64,000 nucleotides of DNA from Mobula hypostoma (lineage: Eukaryota): assembly GCF_963921235.1 (NCBI RefSeq), contig NC_086108.1:31684001-31748000 (forward strand), written 5' to 3'. The position numbers and the translations under genes are program-made. Shown piece after piece: positions 35,441-47,059 of the stretch; within the stretch, counting starts at the first letter, position 1, and each line of letters opens with the position of its first letter. Below the pieces are notes generated by a model, which was given only the letters and a program-made list of their open reading frames with translations, ran no database searches and was not told the DNA's origin.

Positions 35441-36689
35441 AATAACTAGTATCAATTAAATAAGAGCATATTCGGTTTGCCAACAAAGGGTAACACAGGT
35501 TTCTTTACTCGAGTTACGCTGCATTGACTTTCACAGTACAGCTCTGTGCATGTTTTCTCCAACACAAGATGTTTGTACAATTTAAGAATGTTCAAATATT
35601 TTTTGGAACAGAAGTCTATCCATTTGTTTCTCATCAATGCTTCAAGCAATGGAGCAGCTCATAGTCTGTGATATGGTCGTCTCATGTATGGATTTGTGTA
35701 TGTATCCAGTGAAACAAGGAAAACTGATTTCTATTTCCTCAGTTGCAAAAAAAATCTCAATCTTAAAATAGTAAATGCTGAAGACACATGAGGATGAGAA
35801 AAAAAGACATTCAGTGGATGGCTGAATGTGGATAATTTAGCACTAATGCAAAGGTTTTCTCTTTATAATCTTGCTTAGGATGTGGCCAAAATTAATAACT
35901 GAACTCTTGTGTCATCATCTAGGACAGCCTTCATCCTTTGAAGAGGCTAAGCAAGAAACCATAACATACAGATCAACTAACCAAGGATTCAGATTTATTC
36001 ATCACATGTACATTGAAACACAGAGAAATGTGTCATTTGCATTAGCAACCAACGCATGCAGGGGTGGGCTGAGAGCAGCCGCAAATGTCACCACACATTG
36101 TGGCACCAACACAACATGCCTACAATGCTCAAAGGATTGAAATCAATGTGACATTTGATAAAATATTAATTATTATAAATTTGACCTTCATGGAAGATCT
36201 ATAAGCAACATTTGTAATCATTCATATTCCACCTTGAGAAATGATCAGCAGCCACATTTATCATGTTAGAAGGGTCTATATCTAAAAACCTACATTTTCA
36301 TCACCACACTGACCACTCTACCCCACTCACCTACTTTACTTGATATCTGCCTTTATCCTTGCCAAAAGTTCAGATTTCCCAGCATGCTACTCACTGCCAC
36401 TGTCATTGGTTAGAACCTTCCTTGTAATTGTTTACTTAACACTTAAGTAACACTACATATTCCAAACATTTTACCATTTTTGTTAAAAGTAGTGGAGAGG
36501 ATCATTGTTGCTTATTAATACATTGGGCAGGGTTACTGCTATTTTTCTTGTTCATATTGCTATTAATTGTAACAAGACTTCACAAAATTTTTTGCATTCT
36601 TTGAAAACTCCTTTTCTTTTACTAAATTCGATTCTCCCTTTCAGTTTACTCTCCTTTTTACTTGAGGAGTTTTGCTTTTTGTTGGAAGG

Positions 36690-37485
36690 CTTTCACGCAG
36701 GTCTATGAACCTGTCCTCATCAGGGGATCAGAGGTGGAAAGGATTAGCTACTTTAAATTCCTCAGTGTTAAAATTTCCAAGGACCTGACCTGGGCCCAGC
36801 ACCTAAGTGTCATAACAAAGAAAGCATTGCTGCACCTCTACTTCCTTAGAGGCTTGTGAAAATTTGGCATGACATCTAAAACTTCAACAAACTTCTATAG
36901 ATGTGTGGTGGAGAATATATTGACTGGCTACATCACAGCCTAGTATGGAAACACCAATGCCCTTGAACAGAAAACCCTATAAAAAAATAGTGGATACAGC
37001 CCAGTCCATCATGGGTAAAGGCTTCCCCACCATTGAGCACATCTACACAGAGCGCTGTCATAGGAAACTGGCATCCATCATCAATGACCCTCACCATCCT
37101 CTCTCCTTGCTGCTGCAATCAGGAAGAAGATACATGAGCCTCAGGACTCACGCCAGCAGGTTCATGAACAATTATACCCCTCTTGAACCAAACTCTACTT
37201 GCTCCATCATTGAACAGTTCCCAAAGCCTACGGACTCACTTTCCAGATCTCCTCATCTCATGATTTCGATATTTATTGCTTATTCATTTATTATTATTAT
37301 TTCTTTTTCTTTCCTTTTGTATTACACAGTTTGCTGCCTTTTGCACATTGGCTGTTTATCCGTTCTGTTGGGTGCAGTCTTTCATTGATTCTATTAAATT
37401 CCTTGGATTTTCTAAGTAATCCCATGAGAAAGTGAATCTCAGGGTTGTATATGGTGACATATATGTACTTTGATACTTTGAACTC
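36690..37485 (+). mobile_element. Rex1/Babar LINE 3' fragment
   Basis: ORFs 36662-36859 (VERISYFKFLSVKISKDLTW) and 36945-37388. Confidence 0.8.
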
Positions 37486-38979
37486 TAAATATATAACATT
37501 TATCCAAATGGCAGAAATATAAGTTGTTTTGAAAGAGAAGAAAACATGCTCATGAATTGTAATGTCAAGCTTATGACTTGTAGAGTTTTACCGTGCTTGA
37601 TGAGGTGAAAGATAAATAAAAAGATTCCTTCACTAAAGCCAAATGGCCAGCACATCAACTCCGAAATGGACCAACATTTGTCCCTGAAGGTATCGTGACT
37701 CACATGTGTTCCAATCATGGTGTCCAATAGTCGCTTGAATAACTAACTTGTGTACAAAACATATATAAAAGAGTTTTGAACAAATAAATTATTTCTGAAA
37801 TTTTACTGGCATATTACTGGTGGGTATAGGTGGAAGGCAAATCGTCCAAGACAAACTCCACAAGCAGCGAAGAGTGTAATTGAAAGTAAATTAAAAGAGA
37901 TAAATTAATTTACTGAAAGTCAGCTTTCAGAGAATATAAACATTTTCTTTATTCTTGTTACCAGTACTTAGCAATAGTAACAAGAAGAACAGCAGTAACT
38001 ATGTCCAATATGTTAACAAAGTATATAAACTATTATTCTATCTACCACCTTAACAAAGATGCCAAAATGTTTGAGACTCTTAACAATGTTGTGAATTTAT
38101 TTGGAATTTGATTATAATGATGTCATCACAAAGTTAAGAAAGCTGTTTACAAGTTTCCGAGAAATTAAAACCAATGTCTTGTAATTTCCTACATTAAAAT
38201 CTTTCAAATGTCGATCATTAGCCGAAAATATTTTAAATCATTCCAGTGTTGTGAAAAGTATGTTATTTCTTCTTGAAATAAAGGTCTTTTGAAGCCATGA
38301 TAAATGTTTTCAGAATCATATTTCAGAAGCTGTACCTACATGCCTAAACACAATAAAAGGCAATATATATGCCGTCTCCTTTTTACTGCAAGATACTGTC
38401 ACAATAAAACATACAAAAGTTGCTGCACTTAAAAATGTCCACTACAAAGAAACAGAAAGAGGAAACTGTGGTTCCCCACATTTAACCCATCCTAATTTAA
38501 AGGAAATTCTTTTTCTGCAATATACTGTTGGAAAGTACAATGTATCACCCTTTGATCTTTAGTTTACGCATGATGTGTGAAAGTGTATTCAATTCCCAGC
38601 TGAACGAGAAACACATCTTCAGAGCACCTTCAACACAACGTCAAAGAAATTCACAAGGCATTTATCAGACATGAGTATTCAATTAAAGGAGCTGACAGAA
38701 GATGGAAGGGTAGGTGGAGTTGGAGGGGAATAATCTCGGATCAAAAATCTTGGACTCTTGAGGGATTTAAATGAGAGATTGATGAAGCAAGATATTTTGG
38801 GAGAAGCTTTCTGGATGAAGTACAAACATATGAAAGCAGGAATTACACGCAAGGGATGAAGAATGAAGGAGAGTTTTATTGAGTGCATGCAGGGTCAATC
38901 TTTACACTTGGAGACATAACAACGTTCTCAAAGTTGTAACAGAAGCTGTTGAGCAGAGAGTACTGCAGCACAACTTATC

Positions 38980-41900
38980 TCAACAAACTCATTCGTAAGG
39001 CCAGTGATGTTGTGGGGATGGAACTGGAGTCTCTGACGGTGGTGTCTGAAAAGAGGATGCTGTCCAAGTTGCATGCCATCTTGGACAATGTCTCCCATCC
39101 CCTACATAATGTACTGGGTGAGCACAGGAGTACATTCAGCCAGAGACTCATTCCACCGAGATGCAACACAGAGCGTCATAGGAAGTCATTCCTGCCTGTG
39201 GCCATCAAACTTTACAACTCCTCCCTTGGAAGGTCAGACACCCTGAGCCGATAGGCTGCTCCTGGACTTATTTCCTGTCATAATTTACATATTACTATTT
39301 AACTATTTATAGAACATAGAATAGTACAGCACAGTACAGGCCCTTCGGCCCACAATGTTGTGCCGACCGTCAAACCCTGCCTCCCATATCAGCCCCCACT
39401 TTAAATTCCTCCATATACCTGTCCAGTAGTCTCTTAAACTTCACTAGTGTATCTGCCTCCACCACTGACTCAGGCAGTGCATTCCACGCACCAACCACTC
39501 TCTGAGTAAAAAACCTTCCTCCAATATCCCCCTTGAACTTCCCACCCCTTACCTTAAAGCCATGTCCTCTTGTATTGAGCAGTGGTGCCCTGGGGAAGAG
39601 GCGCTGGCTATCCACTCTATCTATTCCTCTTATTATCTTGTACACCTCTATCATGTCTCCTCTCATCCTCCTTCTCTCCAAAGAGCAAAGCCCTAGCTCC
39701 CTTAATCTCTGATCATAATGCATACTTCCTAAACCAGGCAGCATCCTGGTAAATCTCCTCTGTACCCTTTCCAATGCTTCCACATCCTTCCTATAGTGAG
39801 GTGACCAGAAATGGACACAGTACTCCAAGTGTGGCCTAACCAGAGTTTTATAGAGCTGCATTATTACATCACGACTCTTAAACTCTATCCCTCGACTTAA
39901 GAAAGCTAACACCCCATAAGCTTTCTTAACTACCCTATCCACCTGTGAGGCAACTTTCAGGGATCTGCGGACATGTACCCTGAGATCCCTCTGTTCCTCC
40001 ACGCTCCCAAGTATCCTGCCATTTACTTTGTACTCTGCCTTGGAGTTTGTCCTTCCAAAGTGTACCACCTCACACTTCTCCGGGTTGAACTCCATCTGCC
40101 ACTTCTCAGCCCACTTCTGCATCCTATCAATGTCTCTCTGCAATCTTTGACCATCCTCTACACTATCTACAACACCACCAACCTTTGTGTCATCTGCAAA
40201 CTTGCCAACCCACCCTTCTACCCCAACATCCAGGTCGTTAATAAAAATCACGAAAAGTAGAGGTCCCAGAACAGATCCTTATGGGACACCACTAGTCACA
40301 ATCCTCCAATCTGAATGTACTCTCTCCACCACCACCCTCTGCCTTCTGCAGGCAAGCCAATTCTGAATCCACCTGGCCAAACTTCCCTGGATTCCATGCC
40401 TTCTAACTTTCTGAATAAGCCCACCGTGTGGAACGTTGTCGAATGCCTTACTGAAATCCATATAGATCACATCCACTGCACTACCCTCATCTATATGCCT
40501 GGTCACCTCTTCAAAGAATTCTATCAGGCTTGTTAGACACGATCTGCCCTTCACAAAGCCATGTTGACTGTCCCTGATCAGACCATGATTCTCTAAATGC
40601 CTATAGATCCTATCTCTAAGAATCTTTTCCAACAGCTTTCCCACCACAGACGTAAGGCTCACTGGTCTATAATTACTCGGACTATCCCTACTACCTGTTT
40701 TGAACAAGGGGACAACATTCGCCTCCCTCCAGTCCTCCGGTACCATTCCCGTGGACAATGAGGACATAAAGATCCTAGCCAGAGGCTCAGCAATCTCTTC
40801 CCTCACCTCATGGAGCAGCCTGGGGAATATTCCATCAGGCCCCGGGGACTTATCTGTCCTAACTTATTTTAACAACTCCAACACCTCCTCTCCCTTAATA
40901 TCAACATGCTCCAAAACATCAACCTCACTCATGTTGTCCTCACCATCATCAAGCTCCCTCTCATTGGTGAATACTGAAGAGAAGTATTCATTAAGGACCT
41001 CGCTCACTTCCACAGCCTCCAGGCACATCTTCCCAGCTTTATCTCTAATCGGTCCTACCTTCACTCCTGTCATCCTTTTTTTCTTCACATAATTGAAGAA
41101 TGCCTTGGGGTTTTCCTTTACCCTGCTCGCCAAGGCCTTCTCATGCCCCCTTCTTGCTCTTCTCAGCCCCTTCTTAAGCTCCTTTCTTGCTTCCCTATAT
41201 TCCTCAATAGACCCATCTGATCCTTGCTTCCTAAACCTCATGTATGCTGCCTTCTTCCACCTGACTAGATTTTCCACCTCACTTGTCACCCATGGTTCCT
41301 TCACCCTACCATTCTTTATCTTCCTCACCGGGACAAATTTATCCCTAACATCCAGCAAGAGATCTCTAAACATCGACCACATGTCCATAGTCCATTTCCC
41401 TGCAAAAACATCATCCCAATTCACACCCGCAAGTTCTAGGCTTATAGCCTCATAATTTGCCTTTCCCCAATTAAAAACTTCCCTGTCCTCTCTGATTCTA
41501 TCCTTTTCCATGATAATGCTAAAGGCCAGAGAGCGATGATCACTGTCCCCCAGATGCTCACCCACTGAGAGATCTGTGACCTGACCCGGTTCATTTCCCA
41601 GTACTAGATCTAGTATGGCATTCCCCCTGGTCAGTCTGTCCACATACTGTGACAGGAATCTGTCCTGGACACACTTAACAAACTCTGCCTCATCTGAACC
41701 CTTGGAACTAATCAGGTGCCAATCAATATTAAGGAAGTTAAAGTCACCCATGATAACAACCCTGTTATTTTTGCACCTTTCCAAAATCTGCCTCCCAATC
41801 TGCTCCTCTGTATCTCTGCTGCTACCAGGGGGCCTATAGAATACCCCCAGTAGAGTAACTGCTCCCTTCCTGTTCCTGACTTCCACCCATATTGACTCAA

Positions 41901-42190
41901 AAGAGGATCCTGTTACATTACTCACCCTTTCTGTAGCTGTAATAGTATCCCTGACCAGTAATTTCACCCCTCCTCCCCTATTTCCACCCTCTCTATCCCT
42001 TTTAAAGCACTGAAATCCAGGAATATTGAGAATCCATTCCTGCCCTGGTGCCCGCCAAGTCTCTGTAATGGCCACTACATCATAATTCCATTATGGTTTT
42101 ATTACTATTTATTATTTATGGTGCAACTCTAAGGAAAATCAATTTCCCCCGGGATCAATAAAGTATGACTATGACTTTGCCTATGACTAT
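38980..42190 (+). mobile_element. Rex1/Babar-type LINE 3' end (different subfamily), split by a CR1
   Basis: ORF 38949-39254 LNKLIRKASDVVG..SHPLH..RCNTERHRKSFLPVAIKLYN. The UTR breaks at 39310 and resumes at 42091, ending AATAAAG(TATGAC)n. Confidence 0.8.
39311..42090 (-). mobile_element. Young CR1/HER1 LINE, 5'-truncated, with near-intact ORF2 (APE endonuclease plus RT)
   Basis: ORFs 40864-42075, 40279-40806 and 39370-40251 share one frame, separated by two stop codons. Motifs AITETW, GDFN, LDL, SDH, QHGF and FADD. TTAT on both flanks. Confidence 0.95.
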
Positions 42191-42816
42191 GCCCCATGCT
42201 GCACAGAACATCGCATGTCATTTGTGAAAGAAGGCTCCAAGTCAAGTGTGTACAGCGCAGGCTCACGATCAAGCATACATTCTTCAGCCAATGATTGGTG
42301 TGTCAAGGCCGACCTGGACGGGAAAGGCAGTTTCCCGGAGCAAATAGCTTTCACCACATTGCGTCCAGATATAATCGTATGGTCTGACACCAGTAGAGAA
42401 GTGGTTATTGGTGAACTCACAGTCCCCTGGTAAGACAACATCGATGAAGCCCATGAGTGCAAGTTAACCAAGTACGCAGAGTTAAGATCAGAGCGCAGAG
42501 ACAGAGGGTGGAAGGTCTCATGCTATCCATTCGAAGTAGGCTGCCGTGGGTTTATTGTATTCACTCTCCAGAAGTGGCTGCGTGACCTTGGCTTCACTAG
42601 AAGAGAGATCAAGTCAACCAGCAGGGCTGTAGCTGAGGCAGCAGAGAAAGGATCAGCATGGGTGTGGACCAATTACGTCCAGCGGGGCAGATAGTCAGAC
42701 AGTGTATACATATCTTGCAAACCCTTCAGTAGTTGCATAGACACCTGAAGAGCAGACTATCTGTTGGATAGAAGTGACCAACAACTCTGATAGAGGCAGA
42801 TGCCAAGTTTTTAAGC

Positions 42817-42935
42817 TCACCAGTGGGAGGTGGTGCTTTAGCACTGCTGGCCCACCACCTCGAAGGAGTCTTGATCATAAGCGGGCCGAAACTCCTGAAG
42901 ACAGGTGGCAGATCAACTGATGATACCACTGGTGA
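42817..42935 (+). ncRNA. Candidate pseudoknotted hammerhead-like RNA in the Hero 3' UTR
   Basis: AGGAG-UC-UUGAUC (42864-42876), GGGCC-GAAA-CUCCU (42883-42896) and GAUCAA-CUGAUGA (42911-42923), enclosed by a 10-bp helix (42817-42826 with 42926-42935). Confidence 0.55.
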
Positions 42936-42981
42936 TAGCACAGGACAGTTAACATCTTAGTCCACATGTATTTTGTAACTC

Positions 42982-43185
42982 CGAGATAGAGTGCGGAATA
43001 GGCCCATCTGGCTCTTTGAGCTGGGCCGCCCAGCAATCCCCCAATTTAATCCTAGCCTAATCACAGGGCAATTTACAATGATTGATTAACCTACCAACCA
43101 GTACCGGGGAGAAGGTACATACTCCTTACAGTAGCAACAGGAAATGAAACTGGATTGCTGGTACTGTAAAGCGTTATGCCACCCG
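42982..43185 (-). mobile_element. V-domain SINE (HE1-like), internally deleted
   Basis: Minus strand has a tRNA-like head, GGAGTATGTACCTTCTCCCCG (V-domain-like) and a CR1-type 3' tail. Confidence 0.6.
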
Positions 43186-43477
43186 ATGTATAAGTGGGTG
43201 CTAGCAATTCCAGCTACTATCAATCCAGTGCTGAATATCACTACAACACTCAACTTTACCCTACAATCCTCAATGTCTTCTTTCAGCTCTGGATCTTACA
43301 ACAATACATTACCTCACAGTCCTGTAAAGGATATATTTTCTTCATATTTTATTCGACTGGGTAAATTTAGTCTATCAGAGCTCTGCAGGCACTCAGAGCA
43401 AATCCACCAATCCTCATCCTTTGTTTTGTTTCTTGGAACCCACGCTCTTTCCTCTGCTCATAAACTTAAACACACCC

Positions 43478-43514
43478 ATCTATGCTTCGGCCTTTTGGCT
43501 GAAATCAGGTGTAG
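43478..43514 (+). pseudogene. U2: U2 snRNA 5' fragment (about the first 36 nt)
   Basis: TCGGCCTTTTGGCTGAAATCAGGTGTAG compared with U2 UCGGCCUUUUGGCUAAGAUCAAGUGUAG; similarity stops at the branch-point recognition sequence. Confidence 0.7.
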
Positions 43515-44249
43515 CAGTTTAATATCCGGGGACGGGTGAGTCCTGGGCTGGATGTCCTGCTCACTTAAAGAAGGTGAAGGTTTCATAGCCTCTCCTTTCT
43601 AGGTGTGGTGATCGCCACAGGACCACTGTTTGGCTTGTCAAGAGGTCACTCACATATGGCCTGTCCTACACTACTGTGTCCATAGCAACACCTTCACATG
43701 CTGTCTCTGTCTTCCTGCGTTTTCTATGTCAAGGCGCGACCGAGTGACTGGCGGTACAACCAGGCGGGCAGGCTGGGCTCATCAGCCTTGGCTGGCAGCC
43801 GGTCTAGGAGAGGGACAGCTCCGATTCCAAACCCGGGTAGATGGGACTCATGGGCCTTACCAAGCAGTCTGTCTAGGAGAAGGAAAACTCCAGTACTCAA
43901 CCTGCAGCCTTGTTGTCGTTGCAGCTCACTGTGCTATTGGATAGATTTCTGCATAGTAGAGAAATTAAGGGTTGTGGGGGAAAAGGCGGGTAGGTGGAGA
44001 CGAGTCCATTGTCAGATCAGCCATGATCTTATTGAATAGCGAGCGGGCTCAATTGACCAGATGGCCAACTCCTGCTCCTAGTTCTTACATTTTTATGGAA
44101 CATCCCCAGCCTAAAGAGTGGACCATCCTCACTATAAACCTACGCAGCACAGGCAAGAAGAAGGGTCCTACGGAGATGGAAGTTTTGTCCCTCCTGATCT
44201 TTGCAAGCGAAGAACCACCCTTCAAGAATCATCACCACCCCTCAAGGCT

Positions 44250-44357
44250 AGGTGGCAATTTACAATAGCCACAGCCAGCCATCCTTGGAATGTGAAAGAA
44301 AACTAGAGCACCCGGGGAAGCCCACACAGTCACAGGGAGCATGTGCAAACTCTACAT
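44250..44357 (-). mobile_element. V-domain SINE fragment interrupted by a hAT element
   Basis: Minus strand GAGTTTGCACATGCTCCCTGTGACTGTGTGGGCTTCCCCGGGTGCTCTAGTTTTCT (V domain); continues at about 46414 as CTACATAGACAGC. Confidence 0.7.
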
Positions 44358-46412
44358 TAGTGGTCGCCAACCTTTTTAAGCCCAAGATTCCCTACCTCGG
44401 CCTTAGTGAAAGGCAAGATCTACCCACCAAATCGTTTAGAGAAAAAACAACTCAGATTGTACTTCCAACTTGAGGTCTTTTATTTGGGCTAATTGTATTT
44501 GAATTACATAAAATGCTTTTGTCAAACTTTCAAATTAATTCAACTAAGAAAACACTGTAACTAGCATATCAAACAGGCCATAGCTGTCTTTCTTTAAGAA
44601 TATTACAATACTTCATACCTTTTGTAGTAACTTCTACTTTGAAAAAGGACCACTCGACAACTTCATGTCCAAAGGACCAACTTTATCTGGGACGGCAAAA
44701 CCAATGCGGCAGAGGGGCTTATACACACATGCGCAGAAAAGACTGGAAGTAAAACCCTGCAGCCCCGGAAACAACCTCTGTTTACAAACAGCTTTTCGTA
44801 GCGGGAGTATTGCTATATTACCATTATCCTAATAGGTATTAACTTATCTTTATGATGCTCACCCTTCTCCCCCTTTAAATTCCAACATTCCCCAAATGTA
44901 AAAGAACTGGGAAATAAAAAACAGTGATGTCATTATCTTGCGTACCTCTGAAACTTATACTATTGTCTCAGTAACAGTTTACCAATACAAAACACCTGAA
45001 GAACGTGGCAGATTCAACATTCATTCCAACAAAGGAAACTGTCCACTCAAATATTCAGTCTGTCAGGAGGTTTGTGAGGGCACTGTGCTGCAACAGATGA
45101 AAATTATGAAATCTAAGTACAGGAGCTGTCTTCTTCTTTCTTTATTAATCATTTTATTATTTTAAAAGGAACATAAATACAGACAAGAGGAGCATTACCT
45201 CAAATATATATATCAATAACAATACAAACAGAGATTAAAATAGACATTATCAAAATCACACATAGTGTTAAATTAGTATATAATATATAATAAAAAAGAA
45301 AACAGCAATTCTCCTCTTATCAGTTCATGAAGAGGAAAGAAAAAACGTTGAATTGTAAATTGTAAAAGAAAAAAAACCCCACTACACTATACAAAGAAAA
45401 AGAAAAAAAGAAGGGACTGGGCAGTCCATTCCGAGGATACGACCAAAAAAAAAGAAAAACTTTCTGATCAAATCAAAAACTTCAAAAAAAAATTGGAAGA
45501 GTAATAAATCAAATTAAATGAAAATATTGAATAAAAGGTCGCCAGATTTGCTCAAATTTAAAGGATGTATCAAATGTCTGACTTCTTATTTTCTCTAAAC
45601 TTAAACAGGACATAATGGAGGAAAGCCAATAAAAGACAGTAGGTGGATTAGAATCCTTCCACTTCAGTAAATGGCTCTCCTCGCAAATAAAGTTGAAAAG
45701 GCTATTATATGTTGAGCAGAAACAGGAATATTTCCTGGTTTCGATGGGGTAATCCCAAATATTGCCATAAGTAAATTAGGTTGTAGTTCCAGATCCAAGA
45801 CTTTTGATAATGTTTTAAAAACATCTCTCCAAAAATTGTCTAGCTTTATACAAAACCAAAACATATGAGTTAAAGTGGCCACCTCACTACTACATCTGTG
45901 GAGCTGTCTTACTGACAGACACCTCACAGACTGTCTCAAACTGGCTGTCTAGTTATGAGACAAATTTCAGGGAACTAGCAGAAAGTATTCAGCCCCAGCC
46001 ATCACACTGAGTGCAACAGTGAATTTTTATTCATTTATTTTTCGTGTTGAAATAAAATTAAATAATGAAACATAGAATTAAAGGTGTTGCAATGTGAGCA
46101 TTATAAAAATAAGTAATACTAATTATGATAGTATTTCCGGGTCGTGGGGTTTTACTTCCGGTCTCTTCTACCGCGGTGCATGGCGGGGGAGCTACACACA
46201 TGCGCACTGGGCAGAAAGAACGGAACTAAAACCCTGCAACCAGGAAACAATCTCTCTTTACAAACAGCTTTCAGTAATGGAAGTTTTGCTATATTACCAT
46301 TATCCTTATTAGTATTACTTATTTTTATAGTGCTCACATTACAACAGTATTTGTGTATTTATTTTTCATTTTTTTCTGGATCTACTGGGAAAGTCTTAAA
46401 GATCGATTGGTC
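44358..46412. mobile_element. Non-autonomous hAT (Charlie-like) DNA transposon with internal repeats and a nested L1
   Basis: Left end TAGTGGTCGCCAACC is a Charlie-like TIR; the right TIR is missing. TCTACAT lies on both flanks. Internal direct repeat about 44700-44860 with 46175-46340. Confidence 0.55.
45131..45900 (-). mobile_element. L1-clade LINE 3' fragment
   Basis: ORF 45664-45939 RCSSEVATLTHMFWFCIKLDNFW..IFG..ARRAI (L1 ORF2 C-terminal CCHC region); T-rich 3' UTR and A-rich tail on the minus strand. Confidence 0.8.
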
Positions 46413-47059
46413 AATCTACATAGACAGCTGCAAAGGCCAGGATAAAACTAGTGCTTTGAAGCATCAGCTCTGCTAACTGCACCTCTGTGCTGCTCACATC
46501 ACCATAAAACCAACAATATCACTACAGTGCATTCCCAGTCTGGTGTACTAGGTTCAGACCTTTCTTACCCTACAGATTCTATAGATTGTTTTAAACCAAC
46601 CTTTCCAATTACAGGTTATGTTGTTTAACTCTTGCACACACAAAGAGAGTTCACCCTTCTCGATGATCTTCTACCCACGTTCTGAATAACTGTCTAGCTG
46701 CTATTGAATGTTCTCAGTTATCATCACATAACAGGTGGGTGGAAGAGCCGAAAGCTAAAGTTTCAATCTTAATGGCTTTTCGATTATTTGGTGACAGGGT
46801 ATTATTTGACTGGAGGTCTTGATATTATCCAGTACAATTGACGTACCCTTCCCACAACTTTGGTTACACTACTCTTTTTCTTTTCTGGTGGAAATTCCTT
46901 GGATAACCCAACTTTGGCGAAACAACAAATTACCTCTTTTATCATGGTAAGAATAGCCTTTGATTAAAAGTTTAATCTCACATGTCTATCAATGTTTAAT
47001 CCAAGTGGCAAAAGCAAATGCATTTAAAAATGACGTGAGATCCCACTGGCCCAACTAAT

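Larger units (their letters stand above)
38879..42980 (+). mobile_element. R2-group (Hero clade) non-LTR retrotransposon 3' fragment with restriction-like endonuclease, split by nested LINEs
   Basis: 38879-38975 reads LSACRVNLYTWRHNNVLKVV. 42215-42694 reads ..TTLRPDIIVWSDTSREVVIGELTVPW*DNIDEAHECKLTKYAEL..GW..YPFEVGCRGF..AWVW, a PD..E..K-type RLE with one premature stop. The 3' UTR follows. Confidence 0.85.
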
